Assembly: GCA_964525635.1 (NCBI GenBank)
Contig: CAZGJX010000028.1
Location: forward strand, 1 to 39,558
From: an uncultured archaeon
GTDB taxonomy: Archaea; Asgardarchaeota; Lokiarchaeia; Sigyniarchaeales; SOKP01
Length of the DNA: 39,558 nucleotides
Direction of reading: 5' to 3'
Below the pieces are notes generated by a model, which searched no databases, was not told where the DNA came from, and was given only the letters and a program-made list of their open reading frames with translations. Made by a program: the position numbers and the translations under genes. Shown piece by piece: positions 28,818 through 38,934 of this stretch. Numbering within the stretch: position 1 is the stretch's first letter; each line of letters begins with the position of its first letter.

Positions 28818-29357
28818 AATATTAAATTCTAAAAAAATTTTTTTTATTTTTTACTTATTTATTAGCTGTTAAATAGGGATTTCTAATTACTTTTTGGTTT
28901 TTTGATATAATAACTCATAAATTACTACAAGGTTGATAAATACTATACTTAAAACTTATTTTTTTTTTATATTTTCTAATTTTGAAAATCTATAATAATA
29001 AAGGATTATTTAATTACCTTTATATGTTCTTTGGTTGAGGTATAAATCATTATATAGTATAGCCATAACACATTTCTCATTATCCATTTTTTTTAAAAAA
29101 AAATATCATAGAAAAGCCTTCTTATGATAACATAAATTTACTTTAATTTTTCATATAATAGATATTACTATTAATTTAATATAAATCTATTAAATATAGG
29201 AATAATATTAAAAAATTAATTAACATAAGAATTAGAAAAAAAATAAAAGAGTAAATAGTTCAAATTTTCTTCATCATGAATAATAGAATTTATATTTAGA
29301 AAAGAATAATCATTTTTTTAAAATAAAAGGAAATTTAAAATTAAAGGGTATTAGTAT

Positions 29358-29870
29358 ATGATTAAAATAATTAATGTTATTGGATATTCTAATAGTGGAA
29401 AGACTTATTTTATTGAAACTGCAACAAAATTACTTAGAAAGAATCTAGATATTAACATTGCTGTAATCAAAAATATACATGAACATATGATTGATGAGGA
29501 AGGAAAAGATACCTATAAATTCATTAATGCTGGTGCAAATTATGCCATTACTAAAAATAAATTTAATGAAACAACAATTTTTATTAAAAAAGAATTATCA
29601 ATAAATGATTTGATTCATTGGCTTGATATCGGCCCGTTTAGTTTGGATGTTGTATTTACTGAAGGATTTAGGAATATAAAACAACCTACTATTTTGTGTA
29701 TAAAGGGTATAAATGATTTGGAGGAACAGATAAATAAAAATATAGAAATAATTTCAGGGCGTATTTGCTCACAACCTAAAATTAAAAATGAATATTTTAA
29801 CATACCTTTAATTGATATCAAAAAACATTTTAATAAATTTCTTCAAATTTTCAATATTACATCATTTTAA
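29358..29870 (+). CDS. mobB: Molybdopterin-guanine dinucleotide biosynthesis protein B
   Basis: VIGYSNSGKT, AVIK..H, DEEGKDTYKF..AGA, DVVFTEGFR. Confidence 0.92.
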   Translation: MIKIINVIGYSNSGKTYFIETATKLLRKNLDINIAVIKNIHEHMIDEEGKDTYKFINAGANYAITKNKFNETTIFIKKELSINDLIHWLDIGPFSLDVVFTEGFRNIKQPTILCIKGINDLEEQINKNIEIISGRICSQPKIKNEYFNIPLIDIKKHFNKFLQIFNITSF

Positions 29871-31783
29871 ATTATTTTAGTGTCCCAGAGATTAGCAATC
29901 TTTTTACAAAAAGTTCTTATTTTATTTAATTGTAATTTATCGTCAATATCTTCTGACATAAAATAATTAAAATATTCATATAATTCGATTTTATTTTTTG
30001 GATCATTTACTGATTTCTTTATTTTTAGAATAAAATTATTCATTGGAATAATTATCATTTCCAATAACCAATTTTCGAAAAATACTTCATTTGAAAATGA
30101 TTGAAAATTATAGGTGATTAAAAATCTTATTAATTGGGTAGAATCATAAAAATACTTATTAGAAACATTTATGCCAAATTTATTCATTTTTTTTATAACC
30201 ATATCTTTTTTCCAACTTATCATAAAACTAGTCCACAAATCATCAGAAAAATTCATATCCTGAAATATGAATAATTCTAGAACCCTTAATGCTATATTAC
30301 GACTACGATATCTACCTCGAGGATCAAGGAAATTGTAAGGAGCTTCATTGAGATTATCTTTTAAGAATATTTTATCTATCAAAACATATAGCATACGACA
30401 GATATGATTTATAATAAAATCAAAGGTCATAGAATCATTTTCAGATAAATTTTTATTTTCCTTGTTGATAATTAAAAATAATTTTTCATTTAAACTCTTA
30501 AAAAACGTTTTAAAAAAATCGCTATTCAGATCTGTAAGTTTCTTCTTGAATATTTTTTCAAAAAATAAGTTGATCATTTCTACATTTGATATAAAAGAAA
30601 ATAAATCAAGGAAATTATTTATATTTTTAATAGAATTAGAATCAATAATATAATCTGAATTTAAGTTGAATTTATCTAATTTATTTTTAAATAATGATGG
30701 TAAAAATAAAGTATTTCCAACTTCTAATGCTTCCAGACCATTTCCAAAATAATATTTTGTATATAATAGAAATAAATCTATTTGTGATCTATTCGAAGGA
30801 AGATTATTTGCCAAGAAGGTACTACTTAATGTGGATCTTCTATCTAAATATTGAAAAATCCTTAGTAATGAATTTTTCTTTTCTGTACTATAATTGAAAT
30901 TAGCTAAATAATCTTTTTCAATAACATCTAATTTTGAAAAAATTGAATCTTCAACACGAGAGCAAATAAAATTAAAAAAATCTAAAATTGGACAAAAATT
31001 GTTTACTAATTTACATTTTTTGTAAAAATAATATAATAATTCAGTTATTTTCTCTTTTATATCAGAAGAATTATATTCCTTTACAGCTAAATCGTATATT
31101 TTTTTTCTTCTTCTAATTAATTTATCATGATAATGATTTGGAATTTCTTTAAATTTCCTTAAAAAATAATATAAGGCCATTTGATAATAAATATTATAGA
31201 AATTTTCTCTACTATCCTTAACCATAACCATAAAGTTTAGGTAATTTTGTGTTCCATTTATTTTTGGAATTGCAGATTCAAGAGATATTTTAAATTTTGC
31301 TTGGATTATATTTTTTAAAATAATACCAAGAGTTCTTATAATAAAATATAAATAAGTAATTGGAAAAAAAAATTCCTGCTCTTGGTTAGTTAATATATTT
31401 ATTGATTTTCTAAAAATAGATTCTATTTCTCCTTCAAAATAATAATTATATTCAATAATAATTTCTGTTGAAGATAATTTTTCCTTTATGATTAGTTTTA
31501 AAAGAATATTTTGATTTAAACCAAAGAAATTCTTAAGGAAAAATTCAAAAAAGTTATTGAAATTCCTATAAAGGAAATTTAAATAGGATTTATTTTCTCT
31601 TTTGTTTCCGTGTGAATAATTTTCCCATTTATTTTTTATCTCTTCTTTAAATTCCTCAAAAAGAGCATTTTTTCGAGAGAGTATATTATATATTATTTCT
31701 TTTCCCGTCGTTATATTAAAAACCCTTCCTTTAAAGGATTCTCTAAAATAATTAAGGATCTCTTCTAATTCTGTGCTATCCAA
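29867..31783 (-). CDS. Hypothetical protein
   Basis: 638-codon ORF in AT-rich DNA; no family motif recognised. Confidence 0.75.
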   Translation of the reverse strand: MDSTELEEILNYFRESFKGRVFNITTGKEIIYNILSRKNALFEEFKEEIKNKWENYSHGNKRENKSYLNFLYRNFNNFFEFFLKNFFGLNQNILLKLIIKEKLSSTEIIIEYNYYFEGEIESIFRKSINILTNQEQEFFFPITYLYFIIRTLGIILKNIIQAKFKISLESAIPKINGTQNYLNFMVMVKDSRENFYNIYYQMALYYFLRKFKEIPNHYHDKLIRRRKKIYDLAVKEYNSSDIKEKITELLYYFYKKCKLVNNFCPILDFFNFICSRVEDSIFSKLDVIEKDYLANFNYSTEKKNSLLRIFQYLDRRSTLSSTFLANNLPSNRSQIDLFLLYTKYYFGNGLEALEVGNTLFLPSLFKNKLDKFNLNSDYIIDSNSIKNINNFLDLFSFISNVEMINLFFEKIFKKKLTDLNSDFFKTFFKSLNEKLFLIINKENKNLSENDSMTFDFIINHICRMLYVLIDKIFLKDNLNEAPYNFLDPRGRYRSRNIALRVLELFIFQDMNFSDDLWTSFMISWKKDMVIKKMNKFGINVSNKYFYDSTQLIRFLITYNFQSFSNEVFFENWLLEMIIIPMNNFILKIKKSVNDPKNKIELYEYFNYFMSEDIDDKLQLNKIRTFCKKIANLWDTKII

Positions 31784-31886
31784 TTCTGACCAAATTGATT
31801 TTAATTATCTTGTCAATATTATCTTAAATTAAAAATTAATTAATTATATATAAAATTATTTTAAAATTATAAAAAATAGTTGGAAT

Positions 31887-32777
31887 ATGATGGATGGAAA
31901 TTTATCTTTATTAAAAACTAAAATAGAAAATGCTTTAATTAACACAATAAAAAAAGCTATAACTAAAGCTCCAGACGAAATTATACAAATTTTAAAAAAA
32001 ACATTATCAAATGAAGAATCTAAAATGGCAAAGTCTCAATTGAATCTTATTTTAGATAATTTTAAATATGCGGCTGAAAAAGAAATTCCTATGTGTCAAG
32101 ATACTGGTGTGTTAAATTTTTATATAGAATTGGGTTCTAAATTTCCCTTTATTTCTAATTATGATGATATTATTAAAAACGCTATAAAGAGGGCTACTGA
32201 ACTGATTCCTTTAAGAGGTAATAGTGTTGATCCTATTACAAATAAAAATCCAGAAAATAATCTCGGTTTAAATTATCCCCCAATTTATTTAAACATCTTA
32301 AATAATGAAGATACACTCAAAATTACTATTCTACCTAAAGGTGGTGGAGCAGAAAATATATCCAAACTCTTTATGTTAAAACCCTCTAATGGATTAGATA
32401 TTTTTCAAAATAAAATTATTGACGTAATTAAAAAAGCAGGAGGAATGCCTTGTCCACCAATTATATTAGGTATTGGTATTGGGGGTGATGCTAGTTTATG
32501 TATGTATTTGGCAAAAAAAGCTCTTTTAAGACCACTTAATTCAAGGAATTATAGAGATGATATTGCTAAAATAGAATTAGAGTTGTTAGAAAAGATAAAT
32601 CAATTAGATATTGGAACCATGGGCCTCGGCGGAAGGATAACTTGTTTAGATGTTCATATTGAAGTTGCTATGCGGCATCCTGCGAGTTTTCCCGTTGGAT
32701 TAATAGTTCAATGTTATTCTCATAGATATGCTTCTTTTAGAATGAATAAAAAAGGTGAAATAATAAATGAAACATAA
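31887..32777 (+). CDS. Class I fumarate hydratase / L-tartrate dehydratase alpha subunit
   Basis: PMCQDTG, PKGGGAEN, PCPP..GIGIGG, RHPASFPV..QCYSHR. Confidence 0.93.
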   Translation: MMDGNLSLLKTKIENALINTIKKAITKAPDEIIQILKKTLSNEESKMAKSQLNLILDNFKYAAEKEIPMCQDTGVLNFYIELGSKFPFISNYDDIIKNAIKRATELIPLRGNSVDPITNKNPENNLGLNYPPIYLNILNNEDTLKITILPKGGGAENISKLFMLKPSNGLDIFQNKIIDVIKKAGGMPCPPIILGIGIGGDASLCMYLAKKALLRPLNSRNYRDDIAKIELELLEKINQLDIGTMGLGGRITCLDVHIEVAMRHPASFPVGLIVQCYSHRYASFRMNKKGEIINET

Positions 32778-33312
32778 TCTATATTTACCTGTCAATAAAG
32801 AAGATTTAAAATCTTTAAATTTGAAAGATATCGTTTTTCTTAATGGATTGATCATAACTGCTAGAGATCAAGCACATAAAAGAATTATAGAATTGAATGA
32901 AAAAAATAATTTACCAGAAGAATTTAGAAAATTAGAAGGATTGGCAATCTATCATTGTGGACCAATCATAAAAAAATGTGTAAATCAATATAAACTAATA
33001 TCAGGAGGTCCTACAACCAGTCAAAGAATGGATCTACTTCAAAATGAAGTTATTGATATTCTGGGTGTTAAAATTATCATCGGTAAAGGTGGTATGGAAA
33101 ATTTAGATACAAGAGATTTTAAAGTCGCTTATATGAATCTCACAGGGGGATGTGGTGCAATCATAAATAAGAAAGTTGAAGAAATTGAATCTGTTCAATG
33201 GAAGGATTTGGGAATATGTGAAGCAGTATGGTTTTTAAAAATAAAGAATTTTGGTCCTTTGATTGTAACACAATTAAATGGAAAAAGTATATATAAAAAT
33301 ACTACAACTTAA
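32767..33312 (+). CDS. Class I fumarate hydratase / L-tartrate dehydratase beta subunit
   Basis: TARDQAH, YHCGP, GPTTSQRM, IGKGG, DLGICEAVW. Confidence 0.93.
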   Translation: MKHNLYLPVNKEDLKSLNLKDIVFLNGLIITARDQAHKRIIELNEKNNLPEEFRKLEGLAIYHCGPIIKKCVNQYKLISGGPTTSQRMDLLQNEVIDILGVKIIIGKGGMENLDTRDFKVAYMNLTGGCGAIINKKVEEIESVQWKDLGICEAVWFLKIKNFGPLIVTQLNGKSIYKNTTT

Positions 33313-34361
33313 GAAGTATTATTATTGAAGACTTTAGTAATATCATCAATTTCAGAATATTCTAACTTTTTTATCTTACCTTCCTCATCTTTAATTAATA
33401 ATCCCCTTTCTTTTTCAATAAATTTACCTATTTTTGTAGCTATTATTTGATTTTTTTTTAAGAATTGAATTAAATTTTCTGCATATTTTTTTTCAATAAC
33501 TATTAATAATGATCCTGAAGCTAAAGTATTATAAGGATCCAAGTCAAAAATAACACTTAATTTAAAAGCCTCAGGTAATATTATTTTTTTTTTTTTCTCT
33601 AATAAAACACCTGTGTTAGAAGAAATCGCTATTTCTGCAACTCCAGTAGCAAGTCCTCCTTCTGTTGGATCATGCATTGCTTTTATTTTAAAATGTTGAT
33701 TAGCTAAGAGAGCTTCCTTATAAACGCTAATTCCAGGATTAAATAAATAATTTTTACATTTTTCAATAAAATTAGAATCAAATCCTTTCTGTTTGAGTTT
33801 TTTCTCTTTTTCTCTTGCTATAATAGAAGTACCTTCAATAAATATGCCTTTTGTTAATATTAAAACATCTCCTGGTTCTGCACCTGATGATTTAACTAGT
33901 TTTTTACGTTCTACTTCTCCAATTAAAGATCCAATTATTACTGGGCGTTTAAGTCCTTGGGTAACTTCTGTGTGTCCTCCAACTACCGAAATATTCATAG
34001 ATTGACAAGTATCATGAATATCTTTAAAAATAGATTTGACCAAATCGAATGTTGTTTTATTTTCAGGTAATAATATTGTTGAAAGAAACCATTTTGGTGT
34101 AGCACCAGTACATACTATATCATTAACATTGATATTTACAACATAATATCCTATTTGATCCGTAGTAAACGTTATTGGATCTGTTTTTACAACTAATAAT
34201 TGATTACCATCATTATCAATTACAGCCGCATCTTCTCCAACATTTGACCCCAAAATTACACTTTTATCATTCATGCTAAGATCTGAAACATAATTTTTAA
34301 AAAGATTATTAAGAATCTTATGTTTTATTTTTCCTGCTGGAAATTTATTATTAAGAGACAT
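33309..34361 (-). CDS. AIR synthase/PurM superfamily protein (HypE/ThiL-related)
   Basis: GEDAAV, KTDPIT, NVNDI, GGHTEVT, MHDPTEGG. Confidence 0.9.
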   Translation of the reverse strand: MSLNNKFPAGKIKHKILNNLFKNYVSDLSMNDKSVILGSNVGEDAAVIDNDGNQLLVVKTDPITFTTDQIGYYVVNINVNDIVCTGATPKWFLSTILLPENKTTFDLVKSIFKDIHDTCQSMNISVVGGHTEVTQGLKRPVIIGSLIGEVERKKLVKSSGAEPGDVLILTKGIFIEGTSIIAREKEKKLKQKGFDSNFIEKCKNYLFNPGISVYKEALLANQHFKIKAMHDPTEGGLATGVAEIAISSNTGVLLEKKKKIILPEAFKLSVIFDLDPYNTLASGSLLIVIEKKYAENLIQFLKKNQIIATKIGKFIEKERGLLIKDEEGKIKKLEYSEIDDITKVFNNNTS

Positions 34362-34546
34362 TTTATTTTATTTTTTTTTATTTCATTATTCAATTAATTC
34401 TTTTGAAAGTTCCTATATTATAAAAATTAAATCCCATAATAACAATATTAAAAAAAGGGGTTTATAAAGGTTTATCAGAAATAATAGCTAATATGAATTA
34501 GATTAATTCATAATAAAGTCCACAAAGATTTGAGGTATTAATAAAA

Positions 34547-34663
34547 ATGGATCTTAATAAAAAAACAATTGTAGCTCTTGCAATTTTAATGACCATCGCA
34601 TATGGACTTTCTATGGCTACTGCAGGAGTAAGTATTCCTGGATGTTCAGAAGGACAACCTTAA
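34547..34663 (+). CDS. Small 38-aa secreted or membrane peptide, absent from the ORF track
   Basis: MDLNKKTIVALAILMTIAYGLSMATAGVSIPGCSEGQP. SD-like GAGGT at 34532-34536, TTTATAAA at 34461-34468, T-tract downstream; GC-richer than flanks. Confidence 0.75.
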   Translation: MDLNKKTIVALAILMTIAYGLSMATAGVSIPGCSEGQP

Positions 34664-34704
34664 TTTAAAAATCATCCTAAATTACTTTATCCCCTATATT
34701 TCTT

Positions 34705-34715
34705 TTTTTTTTTTT
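34705..34715 (+). terminator. Oligo-T tract, candidate archaeal terminator of the small ORF
   Basis: T11 run about 40 nt after the stop codon. Confidence 0.45.
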
Positions 34716-34872
34716 AACTGATCTGATTAGTTTACTCATAATTTTTGTCAATAAATATTAGGGCAAATTTCCTATTTTTAAAAAATAAATTTTTAATTCT
34801 AAACAAAATTACTTCTAAACATAAATATTTGATATTTTTATAGGATAAATAAGTAAGAATAGAGAAATAAAC

Positions 34873-36324
34873 ATGGCAAGACCAAGTCCCTTAGATATAT
34901 ATGCTCTTCTTGATAAATCAAACTGTAAAGAATGTGGATATGATACCTGCATGGCTTTCGCTACTGGTTTATTAGAAAGGAAAGTGATGTTAGATGATTG
35001 TTCTCATTTAATGCAGAAACCAAAACAGAAGAAGAACTATGAAAAACTTAAAGAAATTATAACACCTCCTCAGAAACCAGTTCGAATAGGAAGTGGAGAT
35101 CGAGCAATAACTATTGGAGCAGAAGAAGTACTTATGCGTCATCAATTAACTTTTTACAATCAAACAGCTATTTTTGTTGAAATTGCTGATACACAAGAAA
35201 ATATAGTAGATATTGTTAAGTATTTAACTGATTTAAAAATTGAAAGGATAGGAGAAATCCTTACTTTAGATGGTATAGCATTAAGATGCGTGTCTCAAAA
35301 AGCAGATATATTTAAAAATGCTGCTAAAACAGTAATAAATAATACGGATTTGCCAATTATGTTATGCTGTTTTGATACAGATATTCTATTGGATGCCGCT
35401 GATGAAATAAAAGATAAAAAACCTGCATTATATGCTGCAACAAAAAATTCATGGGAAAAAATTGGAATATATGCTCTTCAAAATAATTTATCTGTTGTAG
35501 TTGTTTCAAGTGATTTAGATGAATTATTATCTTTAAGTGCAACTCTACAAAAACTAGGTCTTGATCAAATAATCTTAGATCCTGGAACCTTTTATGGTCC
35601 TGGAAATATGACAAAAAATTATGATCATATTAATCAACTTAGAATTGCGGGAATAAATAAGGAAAATAATAATGCGGGATGGCCAATTATGGGCGTTCCC
35701 GCAGTATATTGGACACGAATTAAAGAGTTTAAGAATAAAAAAGAAATATGGAAACATAAATATCAAGAAGTTATTATGGGTTCAATAATGATTTCTTGTA
35801 CTACATCATTAATTATACTTCATACAGGACAAAATAAAGAAGATATTTGGGCTTTATTAGCGCTTATGACACTTCGACAGAGTATTTTCTCAGATCCTCG
35901 TGTTTATCCTACAGTTGATCCTGGTTTGTATGAAATTGGAACTCCAGATCCAAAGGCGCCTGTATTCATTACATCTAATTACAGATTAACAAAAATTCCG
36001 GTTGAAATTGATATTAAAGGAGCAAACATAGATTCATGGTTATTAGTTGTAGATAGTGAGGGAATTGGAATCGAAAGTGCTGTAGCTGGAGGTCAATTTG
36101 GCGCAGGAACTATAGCAGAAGCAATTAAAGAATTTAAGGTTTTTGAGAAAGTAAATCATCGAATTGTAATTATTCCAGGTATGGCTGCTCGATTAAGTGG
36201 GGCATTAGAGGATGAAGCAGATTGTTATGTTCTTGTTGGACCACGTGATAGTTCGGGAATAAAGAAATTTATTGATGAGATGTGGACCCCTGAAAAATAT
36301 ATGAAAGAATACAAAAACAGGTAG
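34873..36324 (+). CDS. cdhE: Acetyl-CoA decarbonylase/synthase gamma subunit (CFeSP large subunit)
   Basis: NCKECGYDTCMAFA..C Fe-S motif, EVLMRHQLTFYN, LRQSIFSDP, HRIVIIPGMAARLSG, VLVGPRDSSGI. Confidence 0.95.
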   Translation: MARPSPLDIYALLDKSNCKECGYDTCMAFATGLLERKVMLDDCSHLMQKPKQKKNYEKLKEIITPPQKPVRIGSGDRAITIGAEEVLMRHQLTFYNQTAIFVEIADTQENIVDIVKYLTDLKIERIGEILTLDGIALRCVSQKADIFKNAAKTVINNTDLPIMLCCFDTDILLDAADEIKDKKPALYAATKNSWEKIGIYALQNNLSVVVVSSDLDELLSLSATLQKLGLDQIILDPGTFYGPGNMTKNYDHINQLRIAGINKENNNAGWPIMGVPAVYWTRIKEFKNKKEIWKHKYQEVIMGSIMISCTTSLIILHTGQNKEDIWALLALMTLRQSIFSDPRVYPTVDPGLYEIGTPDPKAPVFITSNYRLTKIPVEIDIKGANIDSWLLVVDSEGIGIESAVAGGQFGAGTIAEAIKEFKVFEKVNHRIVIIPGMAARLSGALEDEADCYVLVGPRDSSGIKKFIDEMWTPEKYMKEYKNR

Positions 36325-36343
36325 TTCTTTTGATAAATTCAAC

Positions 36344-37003
36344 TTAGTTTATTAAAGAATGGACTTTCTCAAGTGATAGTTGAGATATATTATCTAAAAT
36401 TAAAACAGGGATAGAAGATCTTTCCGTTAATTCAACGCTAGAATGATTTCCTGTCAAAACACCAATAAATGGGCAATTTAACATTTCAGCAAGTTTTCTA
36501 TCTCTAAGATGATCTCCTACCACAATAAATTTATAATCGAAAAATCCCTCATAAAAAATTTTTTTTATCTTTAAATCTGTTTTAGATTTAATTTCCTTGG
36601 TTTCTCCAATTACAAAATCAAAATATTCATATATTTTTAGATACTTTAACAACTTTACTGCCATTTCTTTTTTTTTTGAAGTTACAATTCCCAGTTTAAT
36701 TTTCTGATCCTTTAATTTTCTAAGAATGTTAATCACATTAGGATATAACTCTACTTGATATATACCTTTCTTTCCATAATAATTTCTAAATGATGTAATT
36801 AACTTCTTAGAATTAATATCAGTAAACTGATTAAAAATATCCTCTAAAGGAATACCAATCATTTTTTCAATATTACTATGCTCTACATAAGGAATTCCAA
36901 ATTCTTCAAATGCATAATCAAAGGAATTTAAAATACCTTCCTTATTATTAATTAAAGTAAAATCTAAATCAAAACTAATTAGTATTTTTTCGTTAAAATT
37001 CAT
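36344..37003 (-). CDS. HAD-superfamily hydrolase (phosphoglycolate phosphatase-like)
   Basis: FDLDFTL, VTSK, VVGDHLRD motifs. Confidence 0.9.
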   Translation of the reverse strand: MNFNEKILISFDLDFTLINNKEGILNSFDYAFEEFGIPYVEHSNIEKMIGIPLEDIFNQFTDINSKKLITSFRNYYGKKGIYQVELYPNVINILRKLKDQKIKLGIVTSKKKEMAVKLLKYLKIYEYFDFVIGETKEIKSKTDLKIKKIFYEGFFDYKFIVVGDHLRDRKLAEMLNCPFIGVLTGNHSSVELTERSSIPVLILDNISQLSLEKVHSLIN

Positions 37004-37021
37004 CAGTAAAGATCAAATGAT

Positions 37022-38371
37022 TTATAATTTTTTAAATAAATTTAGTAGATATCTTATATCTTCAGAACTTTCAATTAACCTTTTTATATGGAAAGGAAAT
37101 TTAATAAATTCTACTTTTTCACCAATAGAAACTTTATTAATTATTGTTTTTATCATTTGTTTGAAATGAGTAATAGTTTTTCCTTCAAAATCAATTTCTG
37201 ATAATATTTCTTGAGCTTTATCTAATTTACCTATTATTATGAGTGAAAGAGAAGCAATTATATATGAATGAACGACATGAGAATAGCTGATTTTTTTAGT
37301 ATTAGCTGCTCTATAATAGTATTTGTATGTATTATTAATCATTTCTCTCAATAAAAAATCTTTAGCTGTGTCTAATTGTTCATAAAACTTTATACTTTCA
37401 AGAATTAATGTGGCAGCTGTAAAATATTGTTTATTTTTAAGTCCCTGTTCAGCAATTATATTTAAACCTCTAACTATTTGATTAAACAAACCATACCGAT
37501 TAAACTCCAATTTTGCTTCTACAGCTACGTCATATGCATTAAGATAACTTTCTGTTGATCTATTATGGCTATTTATTTTCCAAAAATTATCTCCTGATTT
37601 CATAAAATGTTTGTAGGCTAATTCATAATTTTTTAATTTCTTGAATATTTTTGCTGCATCAAAATGATTTATTGCAGTTTGATTGTAATCTTTTATTTTT
37701 TCACAATAATTTCCTGCTAATATAAAACATGATGCTGATTCTATTAAATTAATTTTTATATCCTTATAACATAAAGCAGCACCACGATAATATCTAGCAA
37801 TTTTATAATAATTTTTCTCATTCTTAGTAAGTTTTTCGGCGAGATTTATATAAGATCCTGCTTCTCTCTTAGAAAAATAAATATATTGCTCATTATTTTC
37901 TAAATGTTTATATAAATATTTCAATATCTGACTTATTTGAGCTAATGCTAAACTTTTATTTTTGTCTTTAAAATTTTGATACAGTTCCATAAAGAAATCT
38001 ATGGCATCTAATATTATATTTTTTGAATTATTATAATCATCCAACTCTTCGAAACATGATGAAATTTGCTTGTAAGAATATGATAAAATATCATAATAAT
38101 TAAAAATTTTAGCAAATTCGATTACTCTTTTAAAATATTTTATTGCTTTATTAAAATCTGATAGTTTATAATATAATTCTGCAATATTTTGATAATTTTG
38201 AGCTAGTTTTCTTCCTTCATTAAACTCCATTAATAATTTACTCTCTTGTTTTAAATATCTTATACATTTGAGAGTGTTTTCTTTTTCTAATTTAAAATCT
38301 TTATATTTCTCTCCGTAAATTTCTGCAATCCTTAAAAATAATTCACTTATTTCATGCAATTTTCCTTGCAT
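37022..38371 (-). CDS. TPR/alpha-SNAP-like helical repeat protein; open frame extends upstream to 38671
   Basis: Repeated A-x-x-Y/F helices (ESASCFILAGNY; AINHFDAAKIFKKLKNYELAYKHFMKSG). 100 more sense codons lie upstream in frame. Confidence 0.75.
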   Translation of the reverse strand: MQGKLHEISELFLRIAEIYGEKYKDFKLEKENTLKCIRYLKQESKLLMEFNEGRKLAQNYQNIAELYYKLSDFNKAIKYFKRVIEFAKIFNYYDILSYSYKQISSCFEELDDYNNSKNIILDAIDFFMELYQNFKDKNKSLALAQISQILKYLYKHLENNEQYIYFSKREAGSYINLAEKLTKNEKNYYKIARYYRGAALCYKDIKINLIESASCFILAGNYCEKIKDYNQTAINHFDAAKIFKKLKNYELAYKHFMKSGDNFWKINSHNRSTESYLNAYDVAVEAKLEFNRYGLFNQIVRGLNIIAEQGLKNKQYFTAATLILESIKFYEQLDTAKDFLLREMINNTYKYYYRAANTKKISYSHVVHSYIIASLSLIIIGKLDKAQEILSEIDFEGKTITHFKQMIKTIINKVSIGEKVEFIKFPFHIKRLIESSEDIRYLLNLFKKL

Positions 38372-38934
38372 TTGAAAATCATCTATTTGCCTCTCCCATA
38401 AGTATATAACTTTATTATATAGCTCTAAAGTATGAGTATAGGCAATTCCCTCTAATAGTTCTGCAACAGAATAGAGTAATTCTCCTGCCTCAAAAAAGTC
38501 TCCTATTTTTACGATTTCATCTGAATAGTTTATTGAGGTCGTGACTATTTTCTCAATTTGATTAATTCTCTCTTTTTCATTCTTTATTTTATCAGATTTA
38601 AGGATTGCATCTCTGATATTTTGATAATTCTCTAAATAGTCAGAATAACCTTCCCCTTCAAGAACCGAAAATCAACTCATTTTACTTAAGGAATTAATAT
38701 GGGTAATTAATAAAACCATAAAAAATAATTGGATTTTAAAAATTTTTTAAAATCCTAATTTTTCACAAATTTCTAAGGTTATCATTTTTTCTAAATATCT
38801 TTTCTTTATTCATCCTATTCTAATAAGAAATTGTAAAAGGAAAATAAACCAAAATTTCATTTATTAAAATTAATCAAATTTATAAATGTAATTTATTATC
38901 TTATTCTAAATTATAATTCAATTTTTGTATTAAA

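Noticed and set aside
29047-29128. ModE-box-like sequence and imperfect palindrome (TATCATAGAA..TTCTTATGATA) upstream of mobB; also a 25-codon minus-strand ORF starting at 29087
   Set aside because: Expected by chance at this AT content, far from the mobB start, and no cognate regulator in the window.
33309-34361. Selenophosphate synthetase SelD or true HypE
   Set aside because: No N-terminal Cys/Sec-x-x-Lys motif of SelD and no C-terminal PRIC of HypE.
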